64,000 nt of DNA from Camelus ferus. Lineage: Eukaryota. The notes beneath the pieces were generated by a model that saw only the letters and a list, made by a program, of their open reading frames with translations, was not told the origin of the DNA and did no database searches. A program made the position numbers and the translations under genes. Location: positions 84,818,001 to 84,882,000 of the forward strand of contig NC_045697.1 of NCBI RefSeq assembly GCF_009834535.1, read 5' to 3'. This document shows positions 1 to 13,627 of the stretch, piece after piece (positions within the stretch are counted from its first letter, which is position 1; each line of letters opens with the position of its first letter).

Positions 1-170
1 TATGGACTCTCTTTATTATGTGTTCCCCTGCAGGCTGCAAGCTCTATGAGACAAGGATTTGTTGGTATCTTTTTTCTTTTTTTCCATATCTGTGCCCCAA
101 AGGCCTAGAACAATGCCTGGCATACTGTGGTCCTGTAATAAATATTTGTTGAATGAATGAATGAGTGAGA
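1..170 (+). mobile_element. L2 LINE 3' end
   Basis: Typical L2 terminus: gcaagctctatgagacaagg...cctagaacaatgcctggcata...aataaatatttgttgaatgaatgaatgagtga. Confidence 0.85.
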
Positions 171-1089
171 TTGAACTATGTAGCAATCTGTCAGACCATA
201 ATTTATGTTTAAAGAAGCAATTTCAAAATTAAGACTAATAATACAATATTCTCATAATAGTTTATAAATCTTATGTCTTCAGGAAGTAATGGAATACTAT
301 CTATTGTTACTGAATCCAGTCGTTGATCTGAAAGAATTTCTAAAGGCAAAAATATAAAATTGAAGAGATCATCTAAGTAATTCAAAACATACTGAGGTTA
401 TTTCTATCATTCCATCTTAGTAGATAACTCTCAACTTTCAAATTAACATCAGCATACTTTTTGTAATTTAATCTCTTATAATTAGTTGTAGCAACTCCTT
501 TACAGTCTTCTCCACTTTTCTTTACTAAATGAGTATATCCGAAAGATATTTTTGTATCATTTTATTCCTTGATATTCTAGTTTCACATAGTTTAGGTCTA
601 TTTTCCTCAAAAAAGGAACTTTTTAAAATTAGTTTCTTTGTTCCTTTTGCTTATTCCTTAAAAAGTGGACTATATAGCTGATTAAAAAAGAAAAAAATTG
701 AATGTTCTTCTGTATACGGGGTAATTATAGTTATTAAAGTAAAATTAATAAAGGAAAAATGCCACATAAACTTGAAATAATTATATTAAAATCTCAAGAA
801 GTCTTATATAAATTATTTATAGTATTGCACAAACTAGCATTTGTACTGGGAATGGTTCTGATTCATTGCAAGAAGTCTGGATAGTACCTTCTATTTATCT
901 ATTGCACAATAGACTTATATTTGGATTAATTGGGTTGCAATAAATAAAGCATATTAGTCAATAACTGTTTTTGATATCTATATCTAGTCACTTTTAGTTA
1001 CATAGTGAAAAAAGAAAATGTCCTAAAATGCTACCCAAGGCTAGGGAGTATCGCATGGGCTTTTGATATATTTACAGACCAGTAAGAGC

Positions 1090-1512
1090 GACGGCTGCTT
1101 TTACCCCTTCTTTTTTTGGAACTATACTTCCAAATTTTAGCTGGGTGCATAGTCACTCAGCAAGTCCAACACGACTCACTATCATCTGGATTTGGTTGTG
1201 TGACTAATTTATACCTAAAAGAATGTGAACCAAAATAATATGTGCCAATTCCAAATCATGTCCTTAAAAGGAACAGATAAACACTATACTCACTTTTTAC
1301 TCTTCCCTGCTGAGATATGAATGTGTTGGAAAGTCTGGAGAAACCACCATGGATGTAGAGATGCAAGGTGCATGTAGAAAATGACAGAGTTGTCCTACTG
1401 GACTGGTATTGCAAGCCTGTGGGCTATATTCTGAAACAGTAAACAGGTCTTGTCTTATGTCTTTATTTGAGGGTGGTTTTGTTATAGCTCTATAGACTTA
1501 CCTCATAAGACC
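1090..1512 (+). mobile_element. Ancient MaLR LTR (MLT1J-like)
   Basis: Resembles MLT1J/K consensus: gtgtgactaatt...gaatgtgaaccaaaataatatgtgccaattcc...ccttaaaagg, and 3' end gagggtggttttgttatagc. Confidence 0.6.
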
Positions 1513-2164
1513 AGAGAATACAAAACAAAAACTTATGAGTAAGCAACTGTTCATTCAGGATTTTTGTGCAGAAAGCATTCCAGAATCAATTTTCACTGAG
1601 TTTTGGGACTTGGGGAACTTTGGAAGTATTATTCCATTATTTCCTAGCACCTAATATACCCAAAGAGAAAACCAGTAACAGACTGATTCTTGTTCCGTAG
1701 TTCCTGGTAGATGACAAGTACTTTTTTTTTTTTTTTTTTAATCTCTGGAAGCATTTGTTTTTTTCTCTTTTAATCTGAAAACATACAGTGTTTCTCAACT
1801 CTGGAAAATTTTCTTTTACTGTATCTTTAATAACCTCCCCTCTTCCAATTTCTATTCTTTGTTTTGGACCTTCTGGATTGTTTTTTATGTCTCTACACTT
1901 TTCTCATCTTTCTGTTTATTTTTTTTCCTCAACTCCTTAACTTCTACGACAGCCAACATTAAACATATGGAAAAATAGCCCTGTCGTTAAAATTTTAATT
2001 CTCACCAGGTGAGGACCAAGAAGGGAATATGTGTGTTCTCAGATTTTTCATTGTGTTTTGAAGTGAGCCTCAGCACTTTCCACAGAGTTACTGCTGCTGA
2101 TTTTATACAGGTTAGGCTTTTTCATGTCCAGCCTCTCCAATGCTCTAGCCTTATTAGAATAATG

Positions 2165-2400
2165 CTGATGATAATAATAAAATTGTATAATAGCTGGCAT
2201 TTAGTGAGCATTTTCTGTGAGACTGACATGGTTTTAAGAATTTTGCATGTATTATTCATTTTAACACTTCACGGGTGCATATTGTGATTATTTTCCATTT
2301 ATGGATAAGGAAACGGAGGCAAGCTGACACTAAAGGACTTGCCCCAAGTCATGCAGCAAATAGCAGTTTGAGCTGGGATTCATGGTCACCTGCACTAAAA
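2165..2400 (-). mobile_element. MIR SINE
   Basis: aatagctggcatttagtgagc...ccatttatggataaggaaacggaggc...aggacttgccccaagtcatgcagc (MIR core, reverse). Confidence 0.85.
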
Positions 2401-4139
2401 TTTTTAATTCCTGGTATATACCTAAAATATCAAATGGCTGTCTTTTGTATTTTTCCATAGAACCACATTATATATTTGAGTTTAAAATCTTCAGGTAAGT
2501 GGAGTTTTCCAAGAAAAAAAAATTGCATGTGTTTATCTTTGGAGCCCTGTAGGAATCCTTTGAACATTTTATTGGCATATGTTTTAAATAGTTCTACTGC
2601 AAAGAAACTTCCTTTGTTTATTTCTAACTCATGACTTCTGTCCATCTCCTTAAGCCTGCTTCTGACCTTTATCTTTACTTCAAGCTGTAAGAAAACAAGG
2701 GGTATTCCAAATTAGCCCTGAATTTCTAGTTTGGCTGGGCTATGTCAGAGATAATGGCCTGATAAGGAATAAGCAAAAAGTAGGTATCTGGGGATTGTTT
2801 AATTAAGAGTCCTTTTGGAAATTGCTCAAGAAAATGTTAACTTGATTTGGGGAGTTAAGAGGGAAGAATGAGAAGAGTGCAAAATTAATTTTTACTATTT
2901 TTTCCCATCTAAAGAGACTATTACTGCTTTATTGCTGAAGTATGTTAACATTAAATGTTGATTCAGTATATGTAGTCACCAGGTGTATGTACAGTTACAT
3001 GTGGTGAATCATCCTGAAAGGAGAGATACATAATTGGGGAAATTTTACCTGTGCTTCTGAAGTTCATAAAGTTGTTTCAAGTCGTATGATATCTTAAAAA
3101 GTAACTTTCTTTGATTCTTCTATAGAATTAAAGATTAAAGTTCATATTTTACAATAAATATTACTCCATTTTTCATTGATACCTGTTGTAGTAGTTTTAT
3201 AAATTCTGTAAATTAATACTCTCTTTAAAGACGTCTAATTCTTCTTTGTAAGGGATTTGTTGACTTCTGAGACCACATTTTTGCCTTTACTGAAAACAGA
3301 AAACACATTACTAAGAAACAGATGTAAAGTAATTCCATGATTCTTAGCTGGTTCCTCAAAGAAATCTCCTACTTCCCACCCTAACTTGTTTATATTTTGC
3401 AGAGGAGACATTAAGCAATTGTAATGCTCATCTGATCACTTCATGGTGATGGATGAGATAGCCTTTCAAAAAAGCCAGCTGAAAAAAAAGTCATAAAATA
3501 GTTTAATGGAAATAATATTGAAGATGTAGGGAAATATTAGAATGTCAGTGAAAGGGAAATGATCATGCACTGTCACAAACTATTAATTTTGTAACACAAA
3601 ATTTAGGTACCTTCTGTTCTACTATCTATGTGAGAAAATCCATTAAATGGTGTTATAAAATTTAAAAGCCAAATTAAGCCCTTTGAAAATCAGATCCAAG
3701 TGTTTGTGTGAATATGTGTCTGTGTGTTTTGGGAGAAGTTGTGAAGAATAGTTTCAATCGCATGATCTCTATTTTAATTTTATCCACATGACCTTGGATC
3801 CTACAGGGACCCCTTAAGAAGAAAGAAGTAGGTTGGTGCAGGTGTCAGAGCAAGATCAAAGGACAACAGGCCATCTTAAAAAAAATAAAACAGGAAAATA
3901 ACAAACTGGAACCAAGTGTTCAAGTGCTTTGATAGTGACACCTACTTCAATGAAAGCCTTTTGTGAATTTGTGATCCAAATTTTATAAAAACTTACAAAT
4001 TTACTTGTATATTAAAAATAATCAGTCACCCATCAGGATATGTTACACAATACAAAAATCACTACAATACTTAAGGAGCCTCATGATGAGATCCTTTTCC
4101 CAGACACATAGCTTATTCGTGAGAAATTATTACCAGTAG

Positions 4140-5430
4140 GTGAAAAGTATCCCTGTGGAGACAAAGACGAACTAAAACACTGTTCCTGGAACTTATACTT
4201 TAGAGGATATATGCCGATATAATGCAACCAATCAAATTAATAAAGCATAATTTTAAATTTGGTAAATTCAAGGAAAATAGAAGGATTCAATTCTGGAAAA
4301 GTATATAACAGGTAAACTTAATCTAATGTGGAGAAGTAAAGGACATGATCTTTCCCTTGAGAACAGAGGATTGAGTAGGGATTAACCAGGTGTAGGTAGG
4401 GAGCAAGAAGAGAACCCTATATAGAGTGACCAGTATGTGTAAAATCCTTGTGGAGGTAGGAAGCCTGGAAAGAAAGCCAGAGTGACTGGAGAAGGCATGG
4501 AAGGGGTAGGGAAAAACACTGGAGAGGTTGGTAAGAACCAGACCATATTAATAGTGCCCTGTAGGACATGTTAAGGATTTTGCTTTTTCTAAGACGACAG
4601 AAAAAAAAATTATAAACTGGGCTATGTAGGGGGAGAAGAAGGATTACAGATGCGAGAAGATCAGGTTTACATTTTGAAAATGTGAATTTCCCTACCGTAG
4701 AGTACAGATTGGACAGGGACTAGAATAAATTCTTGGAGGCCAGTTATTGCAGCAATCCAGGTGAAAGACGAAGATAAATTTGCTTAGAAGCGAGGCAGTG
4801 TAGATGGAGAGAAGTTAAGGGAATTTAGAAATGATAATGTGAGTTTCTTGAACTCTGTAATTTCTTTGATGTGGGAGGTGATGGAGTGGAAGGTGTCAAG
4901 CATCCTTGACTCCAGCTTAAGTTTTAAGGAATTGGATGGGTGATGTTGCCATTTACTGAGTTATTAGATACTATAAGAATGTCAGTTTGTGGGTGTAAGA
5001 TCATATTCAGTCTAGGATGTACTGACATTGCTCAACCTTTGAGAAATTTACCTGGATTGTTCCATAGGTGGCTGAAGATAGAAATCTGGAGCTTAGGAGA
5101 AAGTTATTCTGAGGTATTTACTTAGTGAAACTGTGGAAATAGATGAAATTAGCCTAGAGGAAGAGTGTTGTGTAAGAAGAGAAGGCAAATAAGAATAAGC
5201 CAAGATAGGAACATTTAATGGCTGTATTAAGAAGGGTGAAATCTCAAAGGTGAACTAGAAAGAGGTACCAAGTACGTAGGAAGAAAATGAAGAGAATGTA
5301 GTTCAGAGAGGACAAGGAAGAGAGAACTGGAAGAAGCAGTGAGCAGTCAGGAGTGTTAATGACTGAGAAATCAAAAAGATCAGGACTAAAATTATCCATA
5401 AACTCTGAGACAGGATCATCAGCAATCTTA
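4140..5430 (-). mobile_element. L2 LINE fragment (about 1.3 kb)
   Basis: Purine-rich antisense L2 motifs: gtaggacatgttaaggattttgc, ttattgcagcaatccaggtgaaagacg, gatagaaatctggagcttaggagaaag. Confidence 0.8.
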
Positions 5431-6420
5431 GGAACAATTTTGTTGTTGTTGGCATATGTTTTTTATGTCTCTGAAGTAAATATCTAGGAGTGGGTCGTAT
5501 GTTTAACTTTCTAAGAAATTGCAAGACTATTTTCCAATACAGCTGTCTTAAACATTCTACCAAAAATATGTATGACTGCTCCACGTCCTCACCAACACCC
5601 AGTACTGCCAGACTTTCTATTTTATTTTTTTAACAGCTTTATTGGGGCAAAGTTGACAAACCATAAATACATTTTAAATCATATTTCAAATGTATCTATG
5701 CATGTACTTATTTAAAGCATACAGTTTGACACATTTGACATAGGTGTACGTACACCTGAGAAATTATTACCACAATCAACATGGTACACATATCCATCAT
5801 CCCAAAAGTTCCCTTTTGTCATCCCTCCCTCGATGCTTCTCCTCTACCACCCCTGGCAACCACTGATCTGCTTTCTGTCACTGTAACTTAGTCTGCATTT
5901 CCCAGAATTCTGTGTAAATCAACCATACTTCAGTGATAGTCCCCATTCTCCGTTCTGTAGTACTACATGTAAGACTGTTTACTGAGATTGTGATATTTTA
6001 CAAAACCAGTATTAAAATTGTATATGAACTGAATGTTGAAGCATTTTCGTATTCTTCCTTAATCTACGTATTTTAAGGTGTTCTTATGTGGCATGGATAT
6101 ATTATATTTTTTTAACCAGATACCTCTTGTTATACATTTTGGTGTGTTATTATTTTTGGAAATTATAAAGTGCGTTGTAACAAATATCCTTGTAATGGAA
6201 ATTTGTACACATCCAGAATATGAGGTAAAAAAGACTTTTCACATTTTAACACCAGCAAGTGATATTTAAAACTCTTAAAGTACATTGCTAAATTCATTCT
6301 AGAAAGGCTGAAATACAGTTTTAGCTATAGGGGTGCCAAATTACCTACACTCTAATCAATGCTGTACAGCCATCATTAAAAAACAAACAAACAATTCTGT
6401 CCACTTGTAAGCAAAAATAC
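5430..6420 (-). mobile_element. Old L1M (L1MC-like) fragments
   Basis: aacagctttattggggc...ccctggcaaccactgatctgctttctgtcactgta (antisense L1MB/MC 3'UTR); taagaaattgcaagactattttcca. Confidence 0.7.
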
Positions 6421-8269
6421 TTTTGCTAGTGAGACATTTTCATATTATAGTTTTAAGCAAAAAAGCAGGAATCAAAAAGCATATATGTTATTTGATTTCA
6501 CAAAATATTTTTATGAGTGTAATATATATGTGAATATACATATTATGAGAATATATGTAAATATTCAAAATATAGATGTCTCTATGTGTGATGGACTTAC
6601 ATATAGGTATAGATAATTTTTATGCTTTTTTGTATTTTAATTCTACTATAATAAACATGCATTGTTTTAATAGTAATTTGAAATCAGCTAAATTTGTCTT
6701 AATTAAAAATTCAGCTTTAACCAAACCATATTATTTTAAATCACAATGTAAAACATGTTTTATATTGGTCCTCTGTACAGTTCACTGCAGACATTTTGCA
6801 TCTTTAGTAGATGAGGAAGGGTAGCTATGGGGTAAGGAATAAGTGTTCAGTCTAGAACAAAATGATGGAGAAAAGGTTCAGGGAGACTAAAATAGGAATA
6901 TTATTTTACAGATCAGCTGGAGAAATTAGTCACCAGAGACCAACCTCAGCTTTTATTTTTTGTCTGCTATCATTTTTCTGTCTAATTATAGACAAAATAT
7001 TTCATGTGGAGTCACAAAATACTGTTTAAAAATTGTTTGTTTCTTTTTACACAGTGTTTTTATGTTTTTAAAAATATGCATTATGTCAGATTTAATAGGA
7101 ATAATTTACTTTGTTAATCATTTCAAAATATATTCCTTTACACTTAGAAGTTTTACCTATTCTTTCTCAATTCAAAGTGATGATGGGAAATCTACATCTC
7201 ATTAGTGTTCACACTGTTTAGAGAAAGCACAACATAAATTACATCAATCAATTTTAAATGCTACAAATTTTAATTAACTTAATTTAAAATGGTTTACATC
7301 ATTAAGTTTGTGTATATGACTGACTTGAAATAACGCATATACAGAGTCTTCATAGTTGAAAATGTCTCACATTTTTAAGAAATTTGAGACTTTCCTCTTT
7401 AAAATAAAACTTACTCATCTACAAAGTGATCCTTATTAAATGTTAATGCTGTCTGTGGATGATTTGATAATACTTTAAAAGGAATCTTTAAACATTTTTA
7501 CTACTTTACGGTTATTTAAAGAAATCAGATAAAGACAAATATAATTACTTTTCTATTATTTATTGTTATATCAATCACTGTACCAAAGTTTTTACATTAA
7601 GAAGATAAAAAATGGAATTATATTGTCTAAAAGTCTTATTATCCTGTCATGAATATAGGAAGTATGAAAAGAATTGGAGATTTTATTTTTCAAGTTGTGT
7701 AAATTACAATTAATAGTGACCTCAAAGTAAAAACAAAGATAACTTTTAAAAAATTTCAACTAGTATGCCTTCACGCCTTTTTTATTTCTAGTTTTTTTCA
7801 CATGCTTTGATATCTTAAACAATGACTGCATTTGCTGGGGTTAAGTTTTGAGCATCCATGACTAGAGTCTGCAGGCAGATTTTTCTTACATATCACTATG
7901 CCTAAAATTCCTAGCGCATAACATAGAACATAGCAAATGCTAAATATATGTTTATTTAGTAAGTGAATTATCACTTTGTAGATGAGTAAGTTGAAATACA
8001 AAGGATAAAATCATAAAAACGATGCTAATTTTGTGTAGTTGAAGATGCCCTTTTTCAGTGAACTCATGCTGTCTTTGTCCATCCAACACTGGACAATGCA
8101 GTAGTCAATTTCTTTGTTCTTTTTATTTTCAACTTATTGCTATTCTTTACCATCTTCTGTGTTTAAGACACTAGTACATCATCAGCCCTAGGACTTCTTA
8201 AGACAAACTAGAGTTAATGCAGAGTTTGTCATTTTGCCTCTAAAGGGGAAATATTTAAACATCCTTGGT

Positions 8270-8440
8270 TGTTCTCATTGTAGTTTACTGGTTTATTATA
8301 AAGGGTACAACTCAGGAACAGCCTAATGGAAAAGATGCATTGGGCAAGGTATGGGAAGGAGGGGTGGTCTGTAGCTTCCATGCTTTCTCTAGGGGCACCC
8401 CCTTCCTAGCATCTGGATGTGTTCACCAACCAAGCTCAAT
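8270..8440 (-). mobile_element. MER21-like LTR fragment
   Basis: tttactggtttattataaagggtacaactcaggaacagcc...ggcaaggtatgggaagg...gatgtgttcaccaacc. Confidence 0.7.
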
Positions 8441-9339
8441 GTATCACTCCCTTCAAAGGTAAACAGAGTTTGAAATAAGCTCACCCACATTCACTGGAAA
8501 CCAGACTCCAGGTAGACTACCTTTGGCTTCCAATAGATGGGACTTGACTATGATATCAGGAGTAGAACAAGGATAAGCGAGTAAGAGAGCTTGGGGCCAG
8601 CGAGGCTGCTGGCGACCAGCTTGGAGCCTGTGAATAGCTGTGTGGCAGCGGTGGGAAGAGGGCAAGATCAAGAACTACTTAGGACTTGCCTTCTGTTTTC
8701 AACCTTAAATGGCAGTTGACCTTCTGAGGTCAGTCAAGCAAGAGAAGAAACCATAGCTGGATTGGAAGCAGTAGAGAGAAGATTCAGGAAACAGTGGATC
8801 CAGCAGGGTTATAGAAAATGAAGACCAAAAATATCTCTAGTAGAGATAATGGGGAGGCAGGCACCTCATCACTGAGTTAGGTCCAGCTCTGATGTTTTCC
8901 CAGAAAATCATGACTTACCAATACATGCCCCTCAAAATGCTCAGTTTGAGCTTCTGGATGATTCAAAGGGTGACTGAGGAGAAGTTCTCTTTCAATTTTT
9001 ACTTCAAAATTAAATTACATCTGTTTACTGCCTACAAACTTGTTATGCATAGTACAAATAATTTTAGGTGGTATAAAAGATATTGGCAGAATTAGGTTAG
9101 TATGTAAGAGATTCAGAGCAAGATACAACTATTCCAAATACCAATTTGACTTTTACTTAATTGCCTCAGTTTCCCTAATGTTACCAATTTTTGGAAGCTA
9201 AAAAACAAAACAAAACAAAAAAAACAGTTCCCAAGCCCAAACCCAGTAGATTGAACTCATCACAAAATGTATTACTGAGCTTTGCTATGAAGAGCCCTTT
9301 CGGGTATTGCCCCAGAAACGTGAACAGCAAGAGAGACCG

Positions 9340-9602
9340 TATGGAATCATTGTCACTATAAAGCTCTGGAGTCTAATTTTCTAGATACGAATCCTGCCTG
9401 TGATAGTTAATAGCTGTGTGAATTTCAGCAAGTCCCAAAATCACTATCGTTCTCAGTTTCCTCATTTGTACAGCTCAGTTAATAATAGTCTGTATCTCAT
9501 GGGGTTCACGTGTGCATCAAGTGAGATATTGCAAGTAAAGTGCTGAGCAAGGAGCCCGGCCCATGGAAAATAATCAGCTACGGTTGGCTAATGTCATTAT
9601 TA
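9340..9602 (+). mobile_element. MIR SINE
   Basis: gctctggagtc...cgaatcctgcctg...tagctgtgtg...ctcagtttcctcatttgta...gtaaagtgctgagc. Confidence 0.85.
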
Positions 9603-11362
9603 AGGACTTGTGGGAGGCACTTTTCTATTTATCATATGTGATGCCTCCACCACATCTTGAAAGCAGTGGTGCCATCCCCTGGCATTACTAAATATCTAAT
9701 TGAACAGAGCCTCTTGATTCTATTAATATCCCCCAGTCCTTCTCATGTGCTAAGATCTTCACCTAAAATTGATATTCTCCTGCTTTATCAACACCCTCTT
9801 GTGGGAAATAACTCATATTCATAAAGGAGAGGTAAAATTGTGTTTTGCTCTTAGACCAATGAAAACAACACCCCTGCCCCAACCTCATCTGTCTACAGAC
9901 TGTAGCACAAGTGCCATAGGACAAGGAATAGCAAACATTGAGCTTGCAACAAAAACAATATTAATACAATTTACTAGCTAAGCTACTGACTTCTAAGAAC
10001 TCTTTGGTACAACTGTTTTATGTCCTGTAATCCTGTCTGAAATTTTGATTCTAGATATTCAGTATTCATATGTCTCCAGTTCAAAGGCATTGTTTTCCTG
10101 ATGGGTAATAACTCAGTGAACTTAGTCCTCTATACATATCAAATGATGGATAAAAAGAGAACTAATATTTAATAAGTACCTATTATGTAAGCACCATACT
10201 AGATGATTTATGTGTTGTGTCTCATTTAATCTGCAAAAGAAACCTATTTGATATTTAATGTTAAACCAGTTTTCCAGGTGAGAGTATACTGTCTTAATTC
10301 ATTATGATCCCATGGGCTACTTGCTATAATGTTCAGGTCTAATTCAAGTTGAGATATCTGGTGGCCATTAGAAGACTGGGTTGGTTCTAAACTCTTCTGC
10401 ATAGGTTTCAAATGCATTCTAAAGTGTTCCACAGGTTTGATGTTTTACATAGGTTAAATGCACTCAAGGCTTTTCTGCCAGGATAATTTTGTTTTCTAAT
10501 CCATCTTGGCCTTTTGGGCCTAAAATTGTACTGGTTATTGTTTTTTTCCTACATAAATTATATTACTGGTCTATTTATGATCCCACATCTGAGGAGTTAA
10601 GGAGTGTTTATCCAGTCTTGCATATTATGTAGAAAAATGAATTAGGCCATAGGCCTAAGTGTAATTTTGCTCCAAGAAGGTAAGAATATTTATCATGATT
10701 ATAACTTGGTTGTCAAAAGTTAAGTATTGGGTTTTATTTACAGGTTTTGTACATTCAAGCTAAATCCATCACTTCTTACCAGATATTCTGGCATTTTGTG
10801 CAGTACATAGCCTAAGACTGAAATACCAAATCAGAACAGGCACATTGTACTTTTTAAGGCATCAAGTTTCATTGCTCCAAAGTCAAGTTGCCAATAATTG
10901 GTCTTAAAAAAAGTATTCATGAATATTTAGATGTCTAGTAAAACATGTATAATAAATAAAAATAAATTTCTCATTTTATATGATGACAAAAATAATATAT
11001 GCTTATTGTAAGGAAATCAAATAATGTAGAAAAGCATAAATAGAAGAGTGAAAAGCACTGCAAATTCTTCGATTCAGAGATGAATACTGTTAATACATTG
11101 GAGAAACTTACAGTTTCGTTCTCTCTCTCTCTGTCTTTAGATCTAATTCTTTGTGTGAACGTGAACTGCTTTGTAACCAGATTTTAATTGTAGCATCAAA
11201 ATATGGAATTTTTCATTCAATAAATAGATAATCATCATGTTTAATGGCCACATACTATTGCATTACATGAAAATACCCCAATGCCCTGTATGAATGGATC
11301 TCTGTGTTGTTCCTTATTGTTTACTATTAAAATAACACTGTGGTAAAAGTTATCCTAGTGTC

Positions 11363-11841
11363 TAAGGTAGACAGAATAATGGACCTCCAAATACCTCCCC
11401 TTACTAATATTGGAATGGGACTCTGTAGGTATGATTAAGTTAAAGATGTTATGATGAAAGTTTATCCTGGATTATCTAGGTGGTACAATATAATCACAAG
11501 TGCTTGTAAGAGGGAGATAGGAGCCTTAGTGTCTGAGGGGAGAGGGTTGGGGGTGGGATTTGAAGAAGCTACACTATTGGCTTTGAAGATGGGGGTAAGG
11601 AGCCATGAGCAAAGGAAAACAAGTAACCTCTAAAATCTGGAAAAGGCAAAGACATAGATCTACCCTAGAATCCCCAGAAAGAATGCAGCACTGCTGACAC
11701 CTTCATTTTAGTTCTGTAAACCCATTTTAGAACTTCTGACCTCCAGAAATGTAAGATAGTAAATTTGTGTTCTTAGTAAATTTGTCTTTTAAGTCATTAA
11801 GTTTGTAGATAAATGTCACAGCGTAACAGGAAACTAATACA
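11363..11841 (+). mobile_element. MLT1D solo LTR (ERVL-MaLR)
   Basis: ggtagacagaataatgg...tatcctggattatctaggtgg...ggctttgaagatgg...acttctgacctccagaa...aggaaactaataca; flanks gtgtc/gtgta (degenerate 5-bp TSD). Confidence 0.85.
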
Positions 11842-12121
11842 GTGTACCTCTTTGGACCCTTTCCAATTAAGATTAATTCTTAGAAATGAGCTTACAAAGT
11901 CAAACCCATTTTAAATTTGTTGCATATCAACAAAATTACTTAAAATTCCTCCAAAGGTTTTGAACTGCACATTTACCCTGTGACTTTTCTCTTCCCACCC
12001 CACCCCTAGTTCTCCCAACCCTACCCACTATCGTTTTCATCTACACCAGTGAAAAATAATTTTAAAAATATTTTTGATTAATTTTATTAATTAAAGTTAA
12101 TGATTATCAAAGTCTGATAAG

Positions 12122-12258
12122 CACTAGTGCTTATCAAAGTTTAAAGTGCATAAGAATCAATGGGAACTTGTTAAAAGGCAGATTCTGATTCAGTGGGTCT
12201 GGGATGGGGGCTTAGATTCTGCTGCTGGTCCTTGGAAACTCAAATGGAGAACCAAGGA
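12122..12258. mobile_element. MER5-type hAT-Charlie MITE
   Basis: gtgcataagaatca...cttgttaaaaggcagattctgattcagtgggtctgggatgggg...gctgctggtcc. Confidence 0.75.
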
Positions 12259-12289
12259 ATCAGACTTAAGTATTTATTTATGGGAGGTG

Positions 12290-12530
12290 TTACTGTACAG
12301 TAATTAAGAGAACAAGTTCAGGAGTCTGACGAATCAAGTCCCTGCTCTATTACTCTTTAATTGTATACATTTGGATATTGGACTTTCTGAGCTTCAACTC
12401 TCTTATCTACAACACTGGGATAATAGTATGTGCAAATTTTATACATTTCTTGTGATAATTCAGTGATATATTGCATCTAATTTGTTCAGCACTGAGCTTG
12501 TAGCTCATCCATTATTATTATTATTAGCTG
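12290..12530 (+). mobile_element. MIR SINE
   Basis: agtccctgctctattact...ctttctgagcttcaactctcttatcta...gggataatagta; (att)n tail. Confidence 0.7.
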
Positions 12531-13342
12531 TATCAATTGAATTGACTATGTGCTTCCTTCAGTTTTCTCTTGGAATGTTCACCTTTTCTTACTGTAAATT
12601 CTCTTGTATGCTTCAGATATAAAATCTCCTTTTTTTCATTATTTTGTAATATTTTCTCCTAAATTTTAAAGTATGTTTTAACTTTATGACATTTCACAGT
12701 TACGTGGTCACCATGATCAATATTGTTTTGTATTATTTCTTGTTTTTAGTCTTGCTTAAAAAGGGTTTCCCCATGCCAAGATTATTTAAAAAGGCACATT
12801 TTCCTTCTGTGCTTCAATGGCTAGTTTCTCTTTTTCTTTTCCTTAGACTTTAAGTTTTTTATCCATGGAATTAATTTTGCTGAAGAGAGTGATGTAGGAA
12901 TTCAATTTATTTCCCCCCCAAAGATTGGCTAGTTATCCTCACTTCATTTATGGAATAAACTTTTTTTTCTACTGTTAGAAATTTTGCCAATTTTTATAAA
13001 CCAAATTTTATACATAGTTGATTCTATTTTTGGACTAATTTTTTCTTTTTTTACTGTTTAGACTATCTCTAAATCAAAAACGAACACTTGATTGTTCTAG
13101 CTCTGTTATATTTTAACAGTAGTTCAAAATTTCCCATTAATATCTTTATTTTAGAATTCTAATGTGTGATAATTCACATAAATTTCAGGAAAAAAATTTG
13201 TTGGGATAGTTATAGCCTCTTTTTGTATACTCTAGCAATAATTAAGATGCCTTTATTCTGATCTTACTGTATTTACTGTTTTTTTTTTTTTGTAGTGCTA
13301 GTGCTAATTTATTTATATGCTGTCTTAAAATAAGCCTCTGGA

Positions 13343-13627
13343 GACACAGAAAACAAACTTATGATTATTAGGGGGGAAAGGAGATGGGAAGGGATAAATT
13401 GAGAGTTCAAGATTTGCAGATACTGACTACTATATATAAAACAGATAAGCAATAAGGTCCTATTGTATAGCACAGAGAATATATTCAGTGTCTTGTAGTA
13501 ACCTATAATGAAAAACAATATGAAGAAGAATATATGTATGTACGTGTATGACTCAAACTTTATGCTGTACACCAGAAATTGACACAACATTGTAAACTGA
13601 CTATACAACAATAAAAGTAAAAATAAA
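13343..13627 (+). mobile_element. Lineage L1 3'UTR-only insertion
   Basis: L1 3'UTR (tgtatagcacag, gacacaacattgtaaactgactata), aataaa plus A-tail; degenerate TSD aaaataagcctctgga (13327-13342) vs aaagtaaggctgtgga (13628-13643) at a TT/AAAA site. Confidence 0.9.

Larger units (their letters stand above)
10950..13280 (-). mobile_element. Degraded L1ME-like element interrupted by MLT1D, MER5 and MIR
   Basis: Antisense L1 3'UTR/ORF2-like T-rich text on both sides of the later inserts (e.g. atatgcttattgtaaggaaatcaaataat; tccatggaattaattttgctgaagagagtgatgtaggaattc). Confidence 0.5.
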
